A DNA stretch of 62,000 nt, from assembly GCF_932274485.2 (NCBI RefSeq), contig NC_065883.2:558001-620000 (forward strand), in the 5' to 3' direction. Shown here piece by piece: positions 51,409-62,000 of this stretch. The position numbers and the translations under genes are program-made. Below the pieces are notes generated by a model. That model was not told the origin of the DNA. It saw nothing but the letters and a program-made list of their open reading frames with translations, and did no database searches. Position 1 is the stretch's first letter, and each line of letters begins with the position of its first letter.

Positions 51409-53413
51409 GGGTCATACTATATACCGGAAAACACCGGAAAACAACCGGAAAACACCATTTTATACTGAATACCGGAAAACACCGGAAAAACACTAAACAT
51501 CCTAAATACCGGAAAACACCCTAAATAGGTAACCCGGAGCCTGGTCCTCTGTGTGCGGTTTTGGACCAAGTGAGCGCCGATGAAGGAAGGTCAAAGTCAT
51601 TACGATGTTCGTTTTACAAATAGCCCCCCCCCCCCCAAAAAAAAAAAATAATAAAAATTTCCGATTTTTTTTCTCAAAAATTTTGTTGATGCCTATTATG
51701 TTTTGAATGTTTTAAAAGACGCAATCAGTCTACCTCCATCATTGAACATATTTTATCTTATATTTTAATTTTAGTTTTCAGTAAATTTCAGTAGATTTCA
51801 GTGTTTCAGTATTTCATTAGATTAAACACTGCCCTCGGAGGGCCCCATTATATGCCGGTTGCGCCGATCTCCTGGTTCTTATCAGTAACGGTGGCATCAG
51901 GGTGGTACGACTAGGCCAACTCCTCCCTAGGTAACAAACAATCGCATCATAAAACAGCAAGTATCATCAAAAGCGAGTTAATAAATCTCTGAATAGTTCG
52001 AGTTGAAGTTCCAGGTTTAACCGCTATGTGTCCTAATCACCAAACGAAATGGATGCCACGCAATTCTCGGACAGGCTGTAATCTGAAAAGTGTTGATCCT
52101 TTCCAAGAGCTATCCATCTCGTTGGAAGGGTTAAAAATCTACTTGTTTCTGAGCTTACTTTCATTCCAGGGTCAAATATAATCACTTGAGGGCCGCACAC
52201 AGGATTTTTTTCTGGATTACTTTTCGAGCTTTTTTCCCCAACTTGTTGACCAGTTTTCCTTGAGAAAACCCCAACTTTCGCCCAATTGTCCATGAGAAAA
52301 CTACATAATCTATCTTGCTGCATTCACGGGAAGTGGTAAGCTAGACGTCTGTGAAAAGGGTTGATCGATAAATTTTCAAGGAAGCAATTGTTGTTTTTGT
52401 TTGTGAAATAGAGGACTCTAGCCGATGAGGCTACTTCCCCCCCCCCCGAGAATCTCAGGCAACCAATTTGTTTTATGTACTACTATCGTAATAAAACGTT
52501 ACTATTTTAACCACTTCCTGGTGGCTGAAGACTTACACCGAATGCGTATTCGGAAAAAAATGTCCCCGAGAAAATGTTTTTTCCGGATCGATATTCGAGA
52601 TGTCTTCTTTTGCACAAATTATGCTGCACTGTGTAAGAACTTGCATCCTTTGATCTGAAGATTGTAGATGATACGTATCATTTGCACTATTTCAAAGTAA
52701 ACCTGCATTTTCGTATATCATCCCGTAATTTGTGATTAATGACAATGACTGGAAATAATATGGGTTGAGGAACGGAAGATCTATGTTCGTCACGTGACTG
52801 GACAATTTCACCCCCGCCCCACCCTGACGATGATCCCTCCCGGAGCGGCGCGGCGCGGCGCGGCGCGCTCTCTAAAAAAATCTCGGGCACAGTTTACTCT
52901 TCTAAGTTTTCCGGTAGCTATTTTAGTAACCCGGAGTTTGGTCCTCGTGTGTGGTTTTGGACCAGGTGAGCGCTGATGAAATAAGTTCATTAACATACAA
53001 GCGAGCGATCGCCTACGCTTAAAGAAAAATTTCTTTTCAGATTTTTTTTAACAATTTCTTCTCCTAAATTTCTCTCAAAAAAAATTCAAATATTTTTTCC
53101 AGTATTTTTCCCTGTAAAATTATTTTCTACGGAATGTTTTTTTGTAAAACCAATTTTTCGGAAAAATTCGAATTTTTTTTTGTGACAGAATTTTTTTTGG
53201 GTCAAAAAAATTTTGGAGAAAAAAAAATCGGAATTTTTTTTGGGGGGGTGGGGGGACCAGGCTTCGGGTTACCTATTTAGAGTGTTTTCCGGTATTTAGG
53301 ATGTTTTCCGGTATTTAGTGTTTTTCCGGTGTTTTCCGGTATTCAGTATAAAATGGTGTTTTCTGGTTGATTTTCGGTTGTTTTCCGGTGTTTTCCGGTA
53401 TATAGTATTGCCG
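51409..53413. mobile_element. ~2-kb non-autonomous DNA transposon with ~140-bp TIRs and 9-bp TSD (Merlin- or MuDR-like)
   Basis: TIRs gg(tc/ca)atactatataccggaaaacaccgg built from accggaaaac repeats; TSD caaaatggc. The empty site is present in copy 1 at ~44723. Confidence 0.85.
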
Positions 53414-53427
53414 CAAAATGGCGATCT

Positions 53428-54446
53428 TCACTTCTTATATCCGTTGATCTTGTTGGTGTAGATGGTGGTTTTATTCTGGAGTGATAATGTCCTTTCTAGA
53501 ACTGTGCCAGACGACAACCAACAATTACACTCATAGAAATACGTTTCAGTACCAGGTATAGTGACATCACCATCGTTCCTGTTCATAAATACCATCGTGG
53601 TTGTCTCATCCGTTAAACAAGTCGTAATTTCAACCTGAATAAACAAAACAAATCATGATATTAGTCAGACTACCCAATGAAAATAGATATTGAATTATAG
53701 ACATAAATGCCATGTAGTTGAGTGGAGTCAGCCAGAAACAGAGATAAATGTAGTCAATCTTGGTTGAAAATATAAGTAGTTAAAGTGTTATCCGTGTTAG
53801 TTGACAATACATGTTATCCATGTTAGTTGACAATACATGTAGTCAACCAGTTATCCATGTTAGTTGACAATACATGTAAACAACAAGTTATCTATGTTGA
53901 TTCACCATACTTACATCTAGTAGAAACCAGGCTGGATCGCTATTTGAATTATCGTGACTCATTTTAACAGCGGTTATGTTTCCGATATCCACATCATTTA
54001 CCTTTAAATATACATGTAATATAGATATACTATCATCCATATACATTCAATATATGTTTGATATAGATGCTATGACATATTTGTGTCATTAATAACATCC
54101 AGTGGCGGATTGACCTATAGGTGTGACAGACTGAAACCTAGAGCCTCGAGATCTAGGATTTACCCCCCCCCACACACACACACCCTCCCTCTCTCTTTAT
54201 CTGTCTGTCTCTCTCTCTCTCTCATAAATGAAATAGATTAAGTTTTTAATCAAAACAGATCCACAATTTTATCTACCTCATATGTATCCTTGGCAGAATT
54301 TTTAAAATCTCTGTAATCAGGTTTGTCTAATCGATGTTGACTGGTGGTGGCCTTAGTTCCAAACAGCTGAATCCTAACCTTAGCATCTGTACCGGCTCCA
54401 CCCTTTCCACCAGTTTGTATAGTCACGTTGTACTGTTTCTCTCTAT
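53428..54446 (-). CDS. Paralogous PLAT gene, exons 54277-54446, 53915-54001, 53428-53634; first exon not found
   Basis: Same exon 2 and 3 lengths and splice sites as copy 1; open frames (YNVTIQTGGKGGAGTDAKVRIQLFGT; SHDNSNSDPAWFLLD; YECNCWL). A 1-nt indel shifts the stop by two codons. Confidence 0.8.
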
Positions 54447-54467
54447 CTAAAATATCAATATATTTTA

Positions 54468-55885
<1,418 letters not shown>

Positions 55886-55956
55886 TTCTGTGGAGTGGAG
55901 CTAAAATTTAATTTGTGTCTGACCGACACATTCATAATTAATCAGAATTTTCCATT

Positions 55957-57078
55957 TTTATACGCCTACATGGAAATGTGTTCGTATATTGCCGTCGCCC
56001 CCGCCCGTCCGTCCGTCGTCCACAATTTCTTGTGACTTCTCAACAGACTACATTTATCATCTGATTGTTTAGAAATTGATACATGTTGATTGCATTACTG
56101 AGATGAAGAACCCTATTTCATTTTAATAACTTCGGTTAATTTCTTCTCGAGTTATAGCTCTTGTTTCACTTTGTTGCACCTTGTGAACGCTCTAACGACA
56201 AAAGTTATCAACCGATCTGTATGAAATTTATATGCATAATTTAAATTAGTAAAACACAAAAGCCTCTTGAATTCTAGCATTTTCCGTTAATTACATCTAG
56301 AGTTATTGCCCTTGTTTCACTTTGTTGAATCTTGTGTGAATGCTCTAATGACAACAGTCATCATCCGATCATTTAAATTAGTGCAACGAAGAATCCTATT
56401 GAATTTCAGCAATTTCCGTTGATTACGCCTTGCGTTATGCCCCTTGTTACACTTTGTTGTACCTTGTGAATGCTCTAACGACAACAGTTATTATCCAATC
56501 TGTCAGAAATTTATATGTATCGTTTAAATTAGTAAAACGAACAAGCCTATTGAGTTTCAGCAAATTTCCGTTAACTACATTTAGAGTTATATGGCCCATG
56601 TTTCACTTTGTTGAATCTTGTGAACGCTTGAACGACAAAAGATATCGACCAATCTGAATGAAATTCATATGCATCATTTAAATTAGTGAAATGAAGAAGT
56701 CTATTGAATGTCAGCAATTTCCTTCAATTAGAGTTATGGCCCTTGTTTTACTTTGTTGAACCTTGTGAACGTTCGAACGACAAAAGTTATCATCCGATCT
56801 GTATGAAATTTATATGCATTATTTGAATGAGTAAAACGAAAAAGCCTGTCGAATTTCAACAATTTCTGTAGATTACTTCCATGTTACGGCCCTTGTTTTA
56901 ATTTTTAGAACCTTGTGAACCCTCAAACGACGAAAATTATAATGTCATCTGTATAAAATTGTCTATTAAATGCCCCTAATTACATACAAAAGAATAAATA
57001 TGCGACAACCCTTTTAGTCTGCTACGGACGATTTAGCTGTTGTGGGCGTATGTTTTGTTGCCTGACAACCTGTCGTTT
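55957..57078 (-). mobile_element. Helentron/HINE-like element with ~6 diverged ~145-bp units
   Basis: ttttatacgcc hairpin, (gtcc)n, units gagttat(g/t)gcccttgtttcactttgttgaa.cttgtgaacg, subterminal gtgggcgtat. Confidence 0.8.
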
Positions 57079-58128
57079 GCCCACCTGGGTGCCCTTACGC
57101 TACGTCATCTTGGGTTTTTACTACTATACTGAGATTTGATTGGCTGTCTAACTTTTCAATGTATTGAGTTTTGAAAGATAATAATAATATTAGACAATGT
57201 ATTATGGTACATTTCCAACAAAATAGATTATATAATAGGGATATAAACTCACTAATAGTATGCTAAATAACAAGACATGGGTTTCTATTAAATTATAAAA
57301 TAATAGCAATATTATTATAAAACTTAGAAAGAGTCTGTCAACATACTATTCACACAGTTATCAAATATCCTTTCCCTCACTATGTATTGTTTAATGGTCG
57401 AGAGCGAGACATTAAGTAATATATTGTAACAACAAGAGGACCGTCAGGTCCGAGTGTTTTTACAATATATTACGCAATGTCTCAGCTCGAGACCATTAAA
57501 CATCTTAAAATACAGACACTCCGCACGTGCGTTTACAGTGAAATACGTCACTCGAGTCTAATATTTGACAAGGTACGATTGGCAAGTTGCCCGTACGATT
57601 ATTTGAAATAATGGTACTCCAACATCAAAGGGTGACGTCATATCTGTATTTTAAATAAAACTACAGTGACCTATATCTAAATATAGCTGTTATTAGTCTC
57701 GACTATTTAGGCGTCTACAGATACTAACAAAATGAAACAAGCTTTGCCACACGAATCCGGGTCATGAGAACTTTGCGGTGATATCTATATAGGCGAAAGA
57801 CCGAAGACATTTATCGTTCAAGTTCGTTGCAACAACGTCTGTGGGAGATTTTAATTTTTTAAATTACACGTCTCTTTGTACTTATTTAAAAACCATGATC
57901 TCCACACATTCGGCATATGCCAGTATTTAATAATTCTTTTTTAAAAATGGAATTCTTTTTAACCTAATCACCTAAAAAATAAACATTACACGCGTAGGAA
58001 TACACGCGAAGTTTGTTGCCGAGTGCCATTTTGGCCAATCAAAATAAAGAAAACGTTTAGCCCCGATCCTTCAATCATGGCGTATATAGTCAACAAGGAC
58101 ACATTTTTCTGGCATTCTGACCAGAAAA

Positions 58129-59107
58129 ATGAAGTGCCTTATTCATCAGAATGCAACACAGCCCTGCAAGTTACTGGTTTTGAACGGCAACACCTGGAGG
58201 CATTGTGTGGAATATTCAAAACAGTGGCAGACTTTGGATGGAGAAGAAAAAAACATTGCAATCACGTATCGAGATGTGTTCGAAGGTATGTTTGTATGTT
58301 ATTATTAGTTATTTTATTATTATTATTTTCTTAGTCTTAGTATTTAAATTTTTTCTAAGCTGTGAGTGTTCACGTTGGTTGTTGTTAAATATATAAAGTA
58401 CTTGTTCACAATACATGGTATCACGCAAACCAGTGGTGGGCAAACTTTAAAGTTTTAAAACAAAACTGAAGCCTAAACTGGTGTAGGGCAAAACATTTTT
58501 ATGAAACATAACTAACAAATTACATTAGTCATTAATTACAATGTCAAGGGTTATGAAATATCATTTTCAATTAAGTAATATTAGAAATATGGAGTACAGC
58601 ACATAATATTTAAAATTACATTCTTATTAGAATCATTTTAGTCAGGTTCCATGGAACTTTGTCAAATTTATATTCCGTCGGTGATTGGTCTAAAACAAAA
58701 CCTGCCGTCTTGTGGGAGCATGGTTTGGAATAGCCTTTACAGAAAAATCAAAGGCAATTAGTCTAAGCCGTAAAAAGATCTGCAAAGATTATTGATCCTA
58801 CAGGCGGAAATGCTATTTAAATAAGAAATTTTAGATTTTGATTTCATTTAGAGATTGCATTGCTCAAAAAAAAATTCACACATGTGACATACAATTATGT
58901 TTTTTCCATCATATTTCCTATTTTCTTTAGGAACAAAGGAAGAAGCTTCAAAGGTGAATCAAAAAGATGTTCCTGTAAAGTTGCTGCTCTTTCCTGACAG
59001 ATCTATGTGGATGTAAAGACTGTCAAAATTCCACACCTACACCCACAGAGATGGCTATGGATGATAATGATGATGATGATGATCATCATGATGAAGAAGA
59101 ATGTTGA
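58129..59107 (+). pseudogene. Internally deleted Academ-like transposase relic
   Basis: 58129-58285 encodes MKCLIHQ...TWRHCVEYSKQWQTLDGEEKNIA, then |gtatgt. 58931-59107 encodes KRCSCKVAALS(C)TDLCGCKDCQN plus an acidic tail, with a 1-nt deletion. Family call is from recalled motif patterns only. Confidence 0.5.
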
Positions 59108-59861
59108 ATGTAAAAACTATATATTGTTACAAAGATAATCAATACATTCTCGATAAAAAAAATAAATATATATATTTTCATTATTACATCAACAAATATT
59201 TGTTTTAAAAGTATTATTATTTTTTCCTTTTCTTTAAAATGATTTTCTATCCCCAATTCTTTGTACACCTTTAACCTGGCATTACTAAAATTAAAGCAAT
59301 ATATGGGAGCATGGATTTTATCCTCAGTTGAATGCTACATTCTCACATAGTTTATAACTCTTACATCAGGTTTTTTTTGTGTCTGTCCCTTATGATCGGC
59401 TGAAGTTTAGTGATTTTTTTTTCTCTTAATTTCTGATATTTTTAAAATCAAGTTATTCCATCGGATTATAATTTTGTTTATCTTATAGTAAAACTAATGT
59501 TTTAAATCTGTATCATTAGTCGAGTTTAAATTTTGAACAGTTTTACAATTTAAGTAATCGTTGTTAATATTGAACCTATCATTGAACTCGCTATAACATA
59601 TATTAACCATAACAAATTCATTATGCATATTTTGTACATTTTAGTCCATGAATGATTTAGTATAATTATAAAATCAAAATCAACATGTTTTATTAAATTT
59701 TAAAATGACTTTGTATATATTTTTTACATACTTATTGTATGCTGATTCAAGCCTATAAATTCATATCTTATCAACAGAGCTTGTACATACTGTTTTTTTC
59801 CATATTCATTTTCATTAAAATCAGAACTTTTGTCAATTTAAGTCATTACAGTAATATTTAA

Positions 59862-60314
59862 AGGAGCTAAATCGCTAACACTTGAGACCTAGAAATTGAC
59901 AAAAGTGGGTCGCAACGCATATAATACTGTAGTATGAATGTATATAAACTGATTTACATTCAATGGTTTCCGTTTTTACTCCAATTTCAAATCATCTATG
60001 TTCGGCGAAATAAGCCAGCAGTCGCGAGTGCAAATTTCTAGCGTCTGGTTGTTCCAGTCTATATACGCCGTTTGATTTGGTGCGATGTGTCTAGCCTCGT
60101 CCCTCGAGTCTCGTGATACAACTGGGCTGAAGCGCATTATGGTACACGATTCGTGTACAAATGGTAAAATGTTTATTTTGTCTTAAATATTGGATATCAA
60201 AAGCCCATCTTTTTCCGGTAAGATCACAACATGAATGTTGATTTAATTTGACAAATAAATCGTGTTTTCAATGTTGAAGATTTTGGATGATATTGAGTTA
60301 GAGACTTAGCTACT
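59862..60314. mobile_element. Kolobok-type MITE, 453 bp, TTAA TSD
   Basis: ttaa|aggagctaaatcgctaac ... gttagagacttagctact|ttaa. Confidence 0.85.
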
Positions 60315-60399
60315 TTAATGTTTTAATTTTGAACTACATGTATTAAAAATCTTAACTATTTCTTTATATATCAGACATGTGCAGCATACATATTTATTT

Positions 60400-60645
60400 T
60401 AGTCTATTATGGTACATTTTTTCTCAGTTGTTTGATGTTAATTATCAATGAATTAGTGTATGTGTAGTGTGTACATGTGTGTGTGTGAGTGTATGTAATA
60501 TATATATGTGTTTATTTATGTATTTGATTTATTATTGTAATCATTATGTTTTGATTGTAATATTTATATCTGTTGTATTTTTTTATTTGGAGAGTGGGGT
60601 TGCCTGCTCTATAATCCAATTATCTTTAATAAATAATGTTTAAAG
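60400..60645 (+). mobile_element. Probable CR1-Zenon-like LINE 3' UTR remnant
   Basis: TG/TA-rich stretch then ggagag...atcc...aataaataatgtttaaa, resembling the tail at 28920-29000. Confidence 0.45.
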
Positions 60646-60971
60646 AAATAATTTATTTTTAAAACTACCATAGACCGCTCCTTTGAGCAAGACCAAGTAG
60701 TCTATATATATTTTTTAAAATAGGGGAATGGACAAACAAGGGACATTTTAGCCAGTTGTTAGAACACAACCTGTATTATACCTATGCATTAATTTCAAAA
60801 AGTCATAATTTAGCAAACACAAATAACTGTCCACAAAACATCAGTTAATTGTTATTACATTGTCAAACCTTATTTTATTAGGGGTGCTTTTGTGGGTATA
60901 TTGATATTAAAAGGTATTTCCAACCTTATATGGAGGGTTCGGGGATTAAGCAGTGTATGAGGGGGGGGGGG

Positions 60972-61236
60972 CAGTGGCGGATTAAGCTCCACCAAGGCCC
61001 GAGGCGGCAGTTGCTGGAGGGCCTTTTTAGTTTTTAAATAGGGCCTATTTAAAACGGCGTGGGCCTAATTAATTTCGGGTCAGGGCCTATGTTGATTCCC
61101 GTTGGCCTAAACCCAACCCCCCCTAACATTCATTGTCTATGCGTTTTTAATCGTATCAGACAAGTCTAAAAAGATTTTTTTTCAAAATCTTTGGGCCTGA
61201 GGCTGCAGCCTCATCAGCCTCACTGATAATCCGCTA
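60972..61236. mobile_element. hAT-like MITE
   Basis: cagtggcggatta ... taatccgcta termini with internal ggcc repeats; TSD not resolved. Confidence 0.5.
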
Positions 61237-62000
61237 TATTTTTTGGATGCTACAGTGTCGACTTTATTAGAGATGAGGAAGGGTGGGCTTAGGGGATCTA
61301 TTCTAACCAGTTAATATTAGGGTGAACTCGACAATGCAAAGTATGTATGTCTACACACGCAAAGACTACAGTAGGAAGAGAGCCTCTAATAAAATATAGC
61401 TTCACACACCTTGATTGATTTTGATATTTGGCAATTATCTATATTTATATTCGATTATATATAGGCCTATATCATTGCTATCAAACAACATTTCCAACCC
61501 TTCTCAAATTATCTTAATACTCGTAGCTGTGGTTGGACGTTAAACACGATGCATGCAAAAATTAATTCCACAGTGTCGTGTAGGCCTACTTTCTTAAGAA
61601 TAATAAATTGATTCATCACATTTACACAGGCTACAAACAGCTTAAAATTTGTTGAGAGAGGACAAGCCCGTCAGGTATTACCGACAGCGGCTTCACGGGG
61701 GTGGAGGGTCCGAAAACACGGCACATGTGACATAATCGCCAAGTGGTAAGCAGCTGTCAGTTGGACACTCTACCCAATGACTATGAGTCATCGCTGACCT
61801 AAATCTTTCACATTTATGCACTTATTACATTTTAGCCGACACCGGTAAATACCAATATTAAAAGTGCGCACTTTCTTTTCATTAGAAATATAATTTACAA
61901 CGAGTTTGGCTAAAAAAAATCGACCAAATTATATTATAGCAAAACAACAACATTGATCTATTAAATTCTCCTTACGGTCACGTGTATTTACTGTTATTCG

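Noticed and set aside
52033..52323. 96-aa ORF inside the TIR element as a transposase
   Set aside because: No recognisable DDE or DNA-binding motif.
52965..52985. CTGATGA as a hammerhead core
   Set aside because: No stem II followed by GAAA could be formed.

Overview
AT-rich, intron-containing animal genomic DNA. The repeat content (V- and Deu/Nin-domain SINEs, CR1-Zenon-type LINEs, Helentron-type tandem-array elements) suggests a mollusc; this is inference. Host genes reconstructed from splice sites: (1) the last three coding exons of a clan-2 cytochrome P450 (+, 4140-8218), plus an inverted paralogous terminal exon (-, 18168-18372); (2) a 3-exon secreted FAMeT-domain + PAN/apple protein (-, 11711-15690); (3) a 4-exon secreted PAN/apple + PLAT protein (-, 44744-48478) and a segmentally duplicated partial paralogue (-, 53428-54446). 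The rest is mostly mobile DNA. The main item is an apparently intact ~8.2-kb CR1-group LINE (about 20797-29012) with ORF1, a ~3.2-kb inter-ORF spacer and a 1172-aa APE-RT ORF2. That ORF2 has a virus-like 2A motif but no ATG ahead of the endonuclease; a splice donor after ORF1 codon 8 and an acceptor before ORF2 would join the two in frame. Also present: a decayed second CR1-group LINE with a tandemly duplicated 5' half, an interrupted ORF1 of a related LINE, many SINEs, MITEs with diagnostic TSDs (Harbinger, hAT, Kolobok, Merlin/MuDR-like), an Academ-like transposase relic, and a Penelope-like palindrome with a decayed hammerhead core. Repeat boundaries are approximate and were read by eye.
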